Positions 17,868 to 27,475 of a stretch of 64,000 bases of DNA are shown here, one piece after another (within the stretch, counting starts at the first letter, position 1; each line of letters begins with the position of its first letter). Made by a program: the position numbers and the translations under genes. The DNA lies in IMG/VR virus record IMGVR_UViG_3300024258_000017; one strand, 5' to 3'. Below the pieces are notes generated by a model, which saw only the letters and a list, made by a program, of their open reading frames with translations, was not told the DNA's origin and made no database searches. Source of the stretch: an uncultured virus (IMG/VR IMGVR_UViG_3300024258_000017). Its lineage: Duplodnaviria; Heunggongvirae; Uroviricota; Caudoviricetes.

Positions 17868-18625
17868 AAAGATTTATTGATACTGATATATGGAAGAAAA
17901 AGTGGTTCAGGAAATTGGACCCTACTTATAAAGCCCTGTGGATGTATTTGTTTACTAACTGTGATAACGCTGGGGTGTGGGATGTGGACGAAGAGGTCAC
18001 TGAGTTTATGGTTGGTGATGAAGTTGATTTCAAACAGGCTATCAAAGTTTTTAATGGCAATATAAAAATTGTTGACAATGGCTCTAAATGGTGGCTTGTA
18101 GATTTTATTGCTTTCCAGTGTGGAGAACTTAAAGAAAATGTCCGACCACATGTTTTTATAATTAATCTCTTAAAAAAACATAGACTATACGAAGAGTATT
18201 TAAAGGGTATAAATACCCCTAAAGAAAAGGAACAAGAACAAGAACAGGAAAAGGAACAAGAACAGGAAGAGACGACTACACCAGAAATTAATATTTCTTT
18301 TGATGATTTTTGGGAAAAATACGATTATAAAAAAGGGGTCAGCGAAGCCCGTCAAATGTGGGAAGGCAACAAAGAAACAAAAACTGTAAAAAAAGACAAT
18401 ATGGTTGGAGTAATTATAACGGATGAAATTCGTGGATTAATAATGAAACATCTTGACCTGTACATACCAAACACATTTAAGGATGCTGATACATTCCCGG
18501 GAAGAAGACATCCGGTTACATATTTTAATAAAAAGACTTGGTTGGAAGAGGTTGAAGTCTCAAATAAAAAATCAAATGTCGCAGTACCAGCAAATAAAAA
18601 CTGGCGAAAAAATTATGCCCAATAA
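17864..18625 (+). CDS. phage replication initiator / replisome organiser
   Basis: KRFIDTDIWKKKWFRKL..K.LW.YL..NCDNAG; EKEQEQEQE linker; FDDFWEKY..K C-terminal domain. Confidence 0.8.
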   Translation: MKRFIDTDIWKKKWFRKLDPTYKALWMYLFTNCDNAGVWDVDEEVTEFMVGDEVDFKQAIKVFNGNIKIVDNGSKWWLVDFIAFQCGELKENVRPHVFIINLLKKHRLYEEYLKGINTPKEKEQEQEQEKEQEQEETTTPEINISFDDFWEKYDYKKGVSEARQMWEGNKETKTVKKDNMVGVIITDEIRGLIMKHLDLYIPNTFKDADTFPGRRHPVTYFNKKTWLEEVEVSNKKSNVAVPANKNWRKNYAQ

Positions 18626-19214
18626 CTTTGATATTGAAAAAGACACCCTAACTCTTGATACAAAAATTCACGATATTATCTGTCGTACCGTACCAAAAAT
18701 ATTCAGACACGCAAGTCTATCCGATTTTAAAAATATAAAAATAAATATTCGGAAACCATTCTACTTGTCTGGTGATGTTGGGTGTGGAAAAACCCGTTTG
18801 GCATGGGCAATAGTTTGTGACGTTATCCGTTTTTCAGTAAAAAAATATCACAGGGTTGTTTCTATGCCAGAAGTAATAAGCTGGGTTGATACCTGTATTC
18901 AGTTTAGAAATTGCTCTTTCCAAAAGAGAGAACGGATTATCGGAAAATATACATCAAAGGAAAACAAAAACCCTTTGATCATAGATGACCTCGGGGCAGA
19001 ATCAAAAACAGGGATGACATTAACGGATGATTTATTATATATAATTTTAAACCATCGATATGAAAACAGCCTGATAACCTGTTTTACATCTAATTTCAAA
19101 ACGGCTGAACTGCCATATCAAGACCCAAGAATATTAAGTCGCATTGTGGGGATAACAAAGGGCAATGCTCACCATTTTACAGAAACAGAAGACAGACGAA
19201 TAAAAAAAACATAA
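18615..19214 (+). CDS. DnaC/IstB-like helicase loader ATPase
   Basis: GDVGCGKT, LIIDDLGAE, FTSN, RILSRI, EDRR. Confidence 0.85.
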   Translation: MPNNFDIEKDTLTLDTKIHDIICRTVPKIFRHASLSDFKNIKINIRKPFYLSGDVGCGKTRLAWAIVCDVIRFSVKKYHRVVSMPEVISWVDTCIQFRNCSFQKRERIIGKYTSKENKNPLIIDDLGAESKTGMTLTDDLLYIILNHRYENSLITCFTSNFKTAELPYQDPRILSRIVGITKGNAHHFTETEDRRIKKT

Positions 19215-19223
19215 GAGGTAAAA

Positions 19224-20579
19224 ATGCCACCAAGAAAAATAGACGGATTTGCAATAGTAAGATTTGAGGCTGTTAATGCAAATGGACTCGAAGCCATTTT
19301 ATTAGAGGTAAAGGGAGATAGGCTAATTCAGTTGACCGGACCCTGTGGTGCGGGGAAAAGCAATGTAATTGAAACGATAGAAGAATGTTTCACTGGCGGG
19401 GTAAAATTAAAAATAGGACAGGACGAGGGATTCGCAGAAGTTGAAATCAGCAATGGAAGTGAACAATTCAGAATAAGACGAATTCTTAAAAAAGGTGCTA
19501 CCCCGACACTTGAGATGAAGACAGGAGAGGAATTCGATTTCAAAGTCAATAGACCATCTGATTATATTAAAAAACTACTTGGACCAGACCGAGTTGCTAA
19601 TCCTACGGACTTGATTAATATTACTGGTGGCGGGATAGGTAGGAAAGCTGTATTCCTTAATGCCTTAAATATTGACGTGACTGATCAGGAGAAGAGAATC
19701 AATGAAAAAAAGGCTTCACGAAAAGCCCTACACATAACTATCGGCGATAAGAAAAAGGCAATATCCTTACTGCCAGAGTTTGATGAAACGGTACCAGAAA
19801 AGGTCGTCCCTTTGAAGGACGTGTTAAAAGAAATCAAAGATGCTAACACCCATAATGAGGGACTTGAAAAAATTGAAAGGGAAATTCTCGATTCAAACGA
19901 TAAAATAGAAATTCTGGAAAAAGAAGAAAAAACCATTGATGACAATATAGCACAAGCACGTCAAAATATTCTCGACATTGAAAACACAATAAAGAGGCTG
20001 GAACAGGGTATTAAAAATATTAACTCAAGTGTTTTAAAAGAGAAAAAACAAATTGAAGAAAAAGAAGCCTCTCTCGCCAAATTAAAATTCATTAAGATGG
20101 ACGAGTTAAATGAAAAATATGATAATCTTGATAAGATTAATGATACCATTAGGGAAAACATAAACCTCACTGAACAGCAAGCCGAATTAGCGTCCGACCA
20201 GACGGACTATACTAAAATGGGTAATGACATCAAAGAGATTGAAGCCGAGAAGTCAGGATTAATTGGTAACAAAATTACCGTGAAGGGCTTGACTATTGGA
20301 GATGATGATGTTTATTTCAACGGGGTTCCGTATAGCATATTATCCTCTGGTGAAAAGCTATATATTGGTTGTGCTATTAGTTCATCCCAACTTGACAAAA
20401 CAAAAGTGAAGGTTGTATTCGTTGATAATGTTTCTCTGTTGGATATACCATTATTGAATAAACTTCGAAAGCTGTTGGGTAAATTCCAAGTCTGGGAAGT
20501 CCATAATGCCTTTGTTGGCGAAAAGCTAAATGTCATTACGATCAAGTCTGGTAAAGTAGCTAAAACGAAGAGCGCATAA
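19224..20579 (+). CDS. SMC/RecN-like coiled-coil ABC ATPase
   Basis: GPCGAGKS, long coiled coil, LSSGE signature, VVFVD. Confidence 0.8.
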   Translation: MPPRKIDGFAIVRFEAVNANGLEAILLEVKGDRLIQLTGPCGAGKSNVIETIEECFTGGVKLKIGQDEGFAEVEISNGSEQFRIRRILKKGATPTLEMKTGEEFDFKVNRPSDYIKKLLGPDRVANPTDLINITGGGIGRKAVFLNALNIDVTDQEKRINEKKASRKALHITIGDKKKAISLLPEFDETVPEKVVPLKDVLKEIKDANTHNEGLEKIEREILDSNDKIEILEKEEKTIDDNIAQARQNILDIENTIKRLEQGIKNINSSVLKEKKQIEEKEASLAKLKFIKMDELNEKYDNLDKINDTIRENINLTEQQAELASDQTDYTKMGNDIKEIEAEKSGLIGNKITVKGLTIGDDDVYFNGVPYSILSSGEKLYIGCAISSSQLDKTKVKVVFVDNVSLLDIPLLNKLRKLLGKFQVWEVHNAFVGEKLNVITIKSGKVAKTKSA

Positions 20580-20588
20580 ATTGAATTT

Positions 20589-20725
20589 AGGGTGGTGGCG
20601 AAAAAAGACGCTCGAAGTGGTAGTAGAATACGGTGGGGCGGAATGCAAATAACTAAGATGCGGGGTTCGACTCCCCAAGACGTAGGTCCAAACCGTAATG
20701 CAGGTAGCCAATCCTGCCCACCCCG
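20589..20725 (+). ncRNA. tRNA-like element with nested second T-arm; not a canonical tRNA
   Basis: GGGTGG/CCACCC acceptor-like stem, GCG/CGC D-arm, GCAGG/CCTGC T-arm, inner GGGGTTCGACTCCCC. Confidence 0.55.
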
Positions 20726-20822
20726 ACTTTAATTATTAAAAACAAAATGAAAATAACAATTACACTTCTTAAAGACAATAAAATATATTGGGAGTCTGAC
20801 AAAAGCCAAACAGAACTTAAAT

Positions 20823-21179
20823 ATGCCTTGGAAGTTTTATTGTTTACCAAGACAGACTTTAAAGTTGAACATGAGGATAAACAAAATGTTAATGAAAACC
20901 ATATCAGAATTAAGAAATAAATTCAATGCAGAAAACTTCCACATGGCTAATACTGTACACATAAGCCAAAACGAGTTGGATTCACAAATTATTACTATGA
21001 ACAAACAAGCATTGATGAAAAGACTAAAAGAACTTACCAGTAATCCGAATGCCCACTTACTGCCATCTCTGAAAAACCCAGTGACCATCAAATTTGGTGA
21101 CATTGTATTTGATCTTAAAGTGGTTGAAAGAAAATTAGGAGAGATATTTGTTTCACGGGAAACAGTAGCGCCATGCTGA
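20823..21179 (+). CDS. hypothetical protein
   Basis: ORF in operon; true start probably downstream. Confidence 0.55.
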   Translation: MPWKFYCLPRQTLKLNMRINKMLMKTISELRNKFNAENFHMANTVHISQNELDSQIITMNKQALMKRLKELTSNPNAHLLPSLKNPVTIKFGDIVFDLKVVERKLGEIFVSRETVAPC

Positions 21180-21607
21180 TAAAACACTATAATCATCTCG
21201 ACCCTCAAATTGGTAAAATAGTAGCATTCTTTGAATTAGAAGTGGTGGAAGGAATCACTATTCAGGGAATGAAACTGATAGATGGTACAAACGGATTATT
21301 TATTGCTCCGCCAGCCCAAAAGGGCAAAGGTGATAAATATAATGATATTATTGTCCTGAGTAAATCAATGAGGCAAAGGATTCACCAGATGATCATGCCT
21401 GATTATAATCTTAAAGAGTTTGGTGTAGAAAAAGAAGAAATTGAATCAGTAAATAAAAAAACTGTTGTTGAGGCGGATGCCGATGACAATAAAGAATTAT
21501 TTCCAGAAGACGATACGGACGATTATGTAATAATAAAACCACCTATTGAGAAACCCTACGACCCTAAAAACGATGGAGAAGAGTATGACGACGACCTCCC
21601 CTTCTAA
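21173..21607 (+). CDS. spoVG: second SpoVG-family protein with acidic tail
   Basis: VAFFEL...IQGMKLIDGTNGLFIAPP...YND; ends DDDLPF. Confidence 0.75.
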   Translation: MLIKHYNHLDPQIGKIVAFFELEVVEGITIQGMKLIDGTNGLFIAPPAQKGKGDKYNDIIVLSKSMRQRIHQMIMPDYNLKEFGVEKEEIESVNKKTVVEADADDNKELFPEDDTDDYVIIKPPIEKPYDPKNDGEEYDDDLPF

Positions 21608-21914
21608 AATAATTGCCCACTACGAAGGGATTAGAAATAGAGCGGTATATGAACAGTTTATGAACTTCATTCGGGCACAACCATGTTGTGTCTGTACAGC
21701 GCCGTCAGACCCACATCATATAAAGACCGTTGGAGCAGAGGGAGAGAATTATTATGTTGCGCCGGTCTGCAGAAGACACCACACAGAATTTCACAATATT
21801 GGTAAACTTAAATTTGAAGAAAAGAATAATGTAAATCTATACGACGTGCTTATTGTAATGCTCGTCTCTTTTATTGATAATCAAATCACTGTGATAGCAA
21901 AGGAATCGAAATGA
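21585..21914 (+). CDS. DUF968/HNH-like zinc-binding putative nuclease
   Basis: FIRAQPCCVC..DPHH...PVCRRHHTEFH. Confidence 0.75.
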   Translation: MTTTSPSKIIAHYEGIRNRAVYEQFMNFIRAQPCCVCTAPSDPHHIKTVGAEGENYYVAPVCRRHHTEFHNIGKLKFEEKNNVNLYDVLIVMLVSFIDNQITVIAKESK

Positions 21915-22549
21915 CAGAAACCAATATAGTTGTAATAAAACCATCTGATGGACTAAATATTAATTCACTACAAACAGAGGAAAAAGGGGTTGTTGCCCAT
22001 AAATATCACGAAGAGGTTGTGAAGGTTGTTAGTAGTATAAAAAATAATTTTGTTTATTTGGGAAAACTTTTCTGGGACATTGCAACAGAGAAACTATATA
22101 TAACTATGGGTTATGATACAATCGAATCTTATATTTCCTCACCAGAGATCGATATGCAAAGAACTTGGTTTTATGAATTGATGCGGGTACACAAAAGATT
22201 CGTTATAGACCTTGGGTGTGACGAAGCAGAACTATCAGAAATAGGTGTATCTAAATTATCTGTCCTTGGCAGGGAAAACTTAGACCTCAGTAGGGATAAA
22301 CCAGAACAACTGTCTGAATGGTTAGAAAGCGGGAAGACCCTTTCAAAATTAGACCTTATAAAAAAGATACAGGGCAACGATGAAATTATTGACGGGAATC
22401 AAAACTCTGATGAAATAGTTAATTTGTCACCGGGATATTATAGGGTAATGAGAATGACCCAAAGTTCGTTTGGTGACTTTACACCAATTGGAAGGAAGAC
22501 GATAACTGTTGGAAAAGACTCTGCGGGATTAATATTGAGGATTGTGTGA
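21911..22549 (+). CDS. hypothetical phage protein
   Basis: LGK...EKLY..GYDT.ESY pattern; ATGA overlap. Confidence 0.65.
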   Translation: MTETNIVVIKPSDGLNINSLQTEEKGVVAHKYHEEVVKVVSSIKNNFVYLGKLFWDIATEKLYITMGYDTIESYISSPEIDMQRTWFYELMRVHKRFVIDLGCDEAELSEIGVSKLSVLGRENLDLSRDKPEQLSEWLESGKTLSKLDLIKKIQGNDEIIDGNQNSDEIVNLSPGYYRVMRMTQSSFGDFTPIGRKTITVGKDSAGLILRIV

Positions 22550-23406
22550 TGGCAAAGAAAACTATGAAAATATTTACTTTGGAAACGCTGATAACCGAAA
22601 CAGGTAAATCAAAAACGGTTGTCATGAATGGGATCAAGAAAGGTTATTTTGGTCCCATTATTGTTACTGGGGCAAAACAATGGAAAATGAATTCAGATGC
22701 AGTAAAATTCTTTCTTGATAAAGGATATGTAAAAGTTGTGGGTGTTAGTAAGGAAGATACAAAAGAGATTGTTGATGATCTCGATAAAACAAAAATAAGA
22801 ATTGTAAAATATACTGAAGAGGAATGCGCCCAAATTGCGAAAGATGCCGTTGAGAAAGATGCTTTAGAGAACCCTGATCAATATTCAAGCATTGAAGCAA
22901 AAAGAGAGGGAGAAAAAAAACGATATGAAAAGTTTTATTCTCAGGCAATGTCGGAATATGAATATATAGACTATAAAGGACCACCACCACCGCTTGGGAA
23001 AAGAAAATATCTTGAACTGCCAATGGATGTAATAACGAGGGTGATGAAAAAATACACAAGAGCCGAGTCAAAGTATTTTATTGAGCGATATATTGGATAT
23101 ACTGACAAAGGGTATATGGTTTCTGATCCAACTCAGGGGTTTCTTATTTCAAGTATATGTGATGATATGGTTAGGGCTGAACGGCTGAGGGATATAATTA
23201 GAATTCAGGGTGATTTATCCGACCCACCAATAGCGAAGGAACTTTCTGATGTAACCAAGAGAATCTTAGAATTACAGGGTGCGCTCGGAGATATTATGAA
23301 AAAAGGTCAAATGTCAGACCCAAGACAAAAGACTGACGACAAGGGAAAAGAGGAAGAGGGAAGCGTAGATAAAACGCTGGCAGAAAACAGGCATGAAATA
23401 AAATAA
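22546..23406 (+). CDS. putative terminase small subunit
   Basis: Directly upstream of TerL; N-terminal HTH-like and C-terminal helical segments; positional inference. Confidence 0.4.
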   Translation: MMAKKTMKIFTLETLITETGKSKTVVMNGIKKGYFGPIIVTGAKQWKMNSDAVKFFLDKGYVKVVGVSKEDTKEIVDDLDKTKIRIVKYTEEECAQIAKDAVEKDALENPDQYSSIEAKREGEKKRYEKFYSQAMSEYEYIDYKGPPPPLGKRKYLELPMDVITRVMKKYTRAESKYFIERYIGYTDKGYMVSDPTQGFLISSICDDMVRAERLRDIIRIQGDLSDPPIAKELSDVTKRILELQGALGDIMKKGQMSDPRQKTDDKGKEEEGSVDKTLAENRHEIK

Positions 23407-23461
23407 CACAAATATAACACAACTATTTTAATATATCATTATGGAAATATAAATAAAAAGA

Positions 23462-25522
23462 ATGATTGGACTCTTAAACCCTTCTGATACTTACTATTAT
23501 GCACATAACCCCATGGAGTGGATAGAAGAACTCTTGTCTATGGGTCCAGATGCATTTCCCCAAGCAAACATCGACCGGATACTGATCGCTTGGGTTTCGA
23601 CGTTTCTTCTTGATGACTCTGGGAGATCGACCGCAAAAACATACGACCACATATTAATAGCCCTATTAAAATGCACCCTTTTCCCACGAAGGAAAGCAAA
23701 TTTATTCTCAATGGATAAAAATCGTGGTGTCGAAATCATGAAACTATATATTGGGATGTGGATTGAACAGAATCATAATTTAGCAAAGCGATTAAAAAAT
23801 CCATATAAAAACCGAAAACCAAAAATATCAGAAAATCAAAAAGGGGCAAGAATAGGCTGGAACAACGGGAGCATCTTCATGACATACACCCCCGGGCTAC
23901 ATAGTAAGGGCGACTCTGCCCAGAGCGACAGGTCTAATCATTTAATATTCAACGAGTGGTCTTCATGGGGAGATATGGACACAATTGTTGACTCCATAGA
24001 ACCAATTAATACATATACCAATAATCAGTGGGCAACATCAATAAAGCTGAGGATCGCCACAGAACGGGCGCTTGGTATTCCACTTGGCAGACTGACAAAT
24101 GACTATTTAATAAGAGCGAATGAAGGGAAACCAAATTATCAGCCGAGAAGATGGCTACTCGAATCAAAGCCAATAGACATAGAAGAAACCATTACGGCGT
24201 TTAAAAGAAACTTTAAACTGGCATTCCTGTTTGATTGTCCTGATAAAATTGAGAGCGTAGAGGACTTAGAAACTTTTTTCGCATTATATCTTGACGGCGA
24301 TCCTGTTTACCAAAACCAAATAATTTATGATGGTTCCGCAAAGCGCCCTTCCGACGAATCTTATATTTTTCATGAAGAGGTTCAAAAAAAGATAGACCCA
24401 ACCCACGAGGATTATGACCCACACTATGGTTATTATAATTGTGGTATTGATGACATCCCCGAGGAATGGGACGGCATAATATTTACCTCTGCCATTGTGC
24501 GAAAAGCCAGAAAGACAATGTTAAAAGAGGATTTTGATAGAGTATGGGGCGGAAAGTGGACAGAGGGACAATCACATCGACCGTTTGATCCGGCAGACGT
24601 AAAGAGGTGTAGAACTTCATCAATAAATATAATAACAGAAAGACCGCCAAACGATAAAAGTATTTATATCCTAACGGTTGATTCAGCCAAGGGAACTGAA
24701 GCAATGAGGAAAGGCGCATCTCAGGAAAATCTTGTTGGCAAGGGTGACTCGGGAGCATCATGCATTATTAGGGTCGGAGAGGGAACGAAAGAATGCCCAG
24801 ATGAAGTTGTACATGTTTGGAGATGGGACGGGCTTGAAGTCAAAAAAGACCCGATGGCATTCGACATACATCAACTGCAGGAGAAATTTGGGTTTGAACT
24901 TATTGTACTTGATCCAAATGGTGGTGGCGGAGATTTAGCTGACTGTTTAATGAAACCAAGATTAGATTTACAAAACAAACTTATTGACGTGGTACCAATT
25001 ATTTCTGTGGATTACCCAGAACCAAGTAAGTATTTAGTTTATGGGAACACCCCTGTTTTCCAAAACATGATGTTTTTTTCCAGATCAACAGAGATGATAA
25101 ATTTAGCATATATGAAATCTGAAAAAGTATCACCATTTAGAGATGATGGTGAACTGAAAAGCAAAATGATTGATATCAGCCAAAGCGCATTCTCGGCTGG
25201 ACGGGTAAATTTTCCAGAGATGATGACAAAACAAAAATTGATAGAATTGAGAAACAAGGGAGATATAACCCTTCAAGAACAAATGGTAATGGTAAATTTA
25301 GAAGATGCCATTACACAGTTTATTAAAGTAAGATTTGAGGTGCATCCAAGAACAAGGGCAAAACTAACGACACAATATGGAATGTTTAAATTTAAATTCC
25401 CAAAGCGGAAGGATTTATCTATAGTAATTCTATATGGTCTAATTATGGCAGATGTGTATCGTCGGTTTCAAAAACTTGTAAAACAACACAATCCAGAAGG
25501 CTATGCCCTCGCCATGGAATAG
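23462..25522 (+). CDS. terL: terminase large subunit
   Basis: Walker A-like GRSTAKT, Walker B-like LIFNE, nuclease YILTVDSA, LIVLDPNGGG, RKD. Confidence 0.8.
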   Translation: MIGLLNPSDTYYYAHNPMEWIEELLSMGPDAFPQANIDRILIAWVSTFLLDDSGRSTAKTYDHILIALLKCTLFPRRKANLFSMDKNRGVEIMKLYIGMWIEQNHNLAKRLKNPYKNRKPKISENQKGARIGWNNGSIFMTYTPGLHSKGDSAQSDRSNHLIFNEWSSWGDMDTIVDSIEPINTYTNNQWATSIKLRIATERALGIPLGRLTNDYLIRANEGKPNYQPRRWLLESKPIDIEETITAFKRNFKLAFLFDCPDKIESVEDLETFFALYLDGDPVYQNQIIYDGSAKRPSDESYIFHEEVQKKIDPTHEDYDPHYGYYNCGIDDIPEEWDGIIFTSAIVRKARKTMLKEDFDRVWGGKWTEGQSHRPFDPADVKRCRTSSINIITERPPNDKSIYILTVDSAKGTEAMRKGASQENLVGKGDSGASCIIRVGEGTKECPDEVVHVWRWDGLEVKKDPMAFDIHQLQEKFGFELIVLDPNGGGGDLADCLMKPRLDLQNKLIDVVPIISVDYPEPSKYLVYGNTPVFQNMMFFSRSTEMINLAYMKSEKVSPFRDDGELKSKMIDISQSAFSAGRVNFPEMMTKQKLIELRNKGDITLQEQMVMVNLEDAITQFIKVRFEVHPRTRAKLTTQYGMFKFKFPKRKDLSIVILYGLIMADVYRRFQKLVKQHNPEGYALAME

Positions 25523-25531
25523 GAGAATAAA

Positions 25532-27133
25532 ATGTTTAAGATAGTTGGTAATATCCTAAAGTATGTATTTAGCCCAAGAGTAATAACCGACGAAAAGGCA
25601 TTTGCTATGCACGTCTTCGCCAACAAGGATTTGGATTTGGCGAGGAAGGCTTTAAAATGGACTCCTGAAAAGTTTAATCGAGTAGCAAAAAAGTCAAACT
25701 TTCCAGTTGAGGCATGGAAAATATTTGCCGGTGAAACGGCTTCAGATAATATTTTGGTCACAGCGCAAAACGACTTTAAGGAACAAACAAATCCATCAAC
25801 TATTAATGACGGTATATTGCAAGCCAGATCATATTCTAATACTGATGATATAATTGGAGATGCAAATGAAATAAAATCTTCTATTGGTATTGCGGGATTT
25901 CTGGCTCTTTCAAAAGATAAAGCGTCTCAGGAAAAAATAAATGAATTCAATATTGACTATAATATTCCAAACGTCCTGATACAGTTATGGGATTATGCAA
26001 TCTCTACTGATAACATTATTTTGAACTGGAAAAAGGGTTCCCATGTTTTAGCTTATAACCCATCGTTGTTTAATATAATCCCAGAACTAAATGAAAAGGG
26101 AGAACAGAAATTAAACAAAACAACTCACCAACTTACAAAAAAAGTCTATCATAAAATAGACCAAGAACTGGCTAAAAACTTTACAAGGATAACTCGTAAA
26201 AAAGTTAAGGCTGGAAGGGTAACTTGGAAGGAGTGGAAAGAAAATGCGCTTGGTAGAATAGAGTGTAGAAACACCAAGGGATTAACAGACCGATTGGTCA
26301 TGCCAAGGATAATTCAACTATTCTTTTTGTTGTCTCTTAAACAAATTATTAGGGAAGGAAACTTCGTTACCTTCTTTTATCTAAAAAGAATGATACACCA
26401 AATTGTAATTGGAGCAGATACCAAACAGGGAAATAAATCAACTCTCGCATTTATTCAGTCAATGAATACCGGCGTGACACAAGCCCAAGCCCAAGCAGTC
26501 TTAAATAAATATAAAGTCATTGATCAAATGATGATGGAAGTGACAGACGCTAACCATAAACATGTATATAATGCTCCGCCCATAGAATACTTAGACTTAG
26601 AGAAATTCTTCGTGATAGATAAACCAATAATCAGATGGACAGGCGTTGGTGTATTGATGGGTGATTCCGGTTCTTCCGGTAAATACGGGTCAGACTTCCT
26701 CGCTCTCAAAAAAACTATATCACATATTAGAAAATGGCGAGGGATTATATCTGAAGTATTAATCGTGATGTATAAGGACATGCTTGGCGTAGATGATGTC
26801 CAATTACTCTGGGACGAATTTAATTTAATCGAACCAAAGGCATTATTAGAAAGATTGAAATTCTTGTCTGGTAAAGGACTTTCATCAACAACAGCACAAA
26901 AATTACTTGGTTTCGATCCAGATCATGAGATTGCAAATCTTGATAAGGAAAGACTGGAATGGGAAAAATGGTTCCCAGTATTTGAACCAAACCAAGGACT
27001 CTTGGCTGGCTATTATAATAAGGTTCATGGCTTCTCTATAAAGAATAGCCAATCAAACGGCGACCCCGGCGCACCAGAGACTAACCCACCGCCTGATGAA
27101 TCTGGTGATCCACCAAAACCATCTGACGAATAA
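25532..27133 (+). CDS. portal protein
   Basis: 533 aa directly after TerL; LSSTTAQKLLGFDPDHE and Pro/acidic tail typical of portals. Confidence 0.7.
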   Translation: MFKIVGNILKYVFSPRVITDEKAFAMHVFANKDLDLARKALKWTPEKFNRVAKKSNFPVEAWKIFAGETASDNILVTAQNDFKEQTNPSTINDGILQARSYSNTDDIIGDANEIKSSIGIAGFLALSKDKASQEKINEFNIDYNIPNVLIQLWDYAISTDNIILNWKKGSHVLAYNPSLFNIIPELNEKGEQKLNKTTHQLTKKVYHKIDQELAKNFTRITRKKVKAGRVTWKEWKENALGRIECRNTKGLTDRLVMPRIIQLFFLLSLKQIIREGNFVTFFYLKRMIHQIVIGADTKQGNKSTLAFIQSMNTGVTQAQAQAVLNKYKVIDQMMMEVTDANHKHVYNAPPIEYLDLEKFFVIDKPIIRWTGVGVLMGDSGSSGKYGSDFLALKKTISHIRKWRGIISEVLIVMYKDMLGVDDVQLLWDEFNLIEPKALLERLKFLSGKGLSSTTAQKLLGFDPDHEIANLDKERLEWEKWFPVFEPNQGLLAGYYNKVHGFSIKNSQSNGDPGAPETNPPPDESGDPPKPSDE

Positions 27134-27138
27134 TTAAT

Positions 27139-27342
27139 ATGGGAAGACCAGCAGGAAAGCAAGATATAAAACTTAACCGGAGAGATGACGATATTAGAAT
27201 CGAATTCAACTCGGGCAGGAACGATGGTTTTACTGCAATGACTCTCATTAATAAGATATCAAAAAAATACAGATTAAAAATTGGGACCATTAAGAAGATT
27301 ATCTATGATAGTTCCTATAGAAACCCTATCCAAACAGCATGA
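27139..27342 (+). CDS. small HTH (Mor-like) DNA-binding protein
   Basis: RDDDIRIEF...ISKKYRLKIGTIKKII. Confidence 0.5.
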   Translation: MGRPAGKQDIKLNRRDDDIRIEFNSGRNDGFTAMTLINKISKKYRLKIGTIKKIIYDSSYRNPIQTA

Positions 27343-27475
27343 TATCTATTTATATGGACTAAATATATACATCTAAACACATAATAATCACGATATCTAA
27401 TTCTTTTCATTCCTTAAACTTTGGCTGATATTTAATTATACTTTAAGAAAAACAACCGAAAAGAAACAGAATGAA

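Noticed and set aside
18221..18270. GAACAA/GAACAG tandem repeat
   Set aside because: Encodes the usual EKEQEQ linker of phage replication initiators
20589..20725. Canonical tRNA gene
   Set aside because: No anticodon stem-loop, atypical T-loop and over-length; reported as tRNA-like instead
24020..24320. Intein in terminase
   Set aside because: No N-terminal Cys/Ser block, no HN-C/S/T end and no endonuclease motifs
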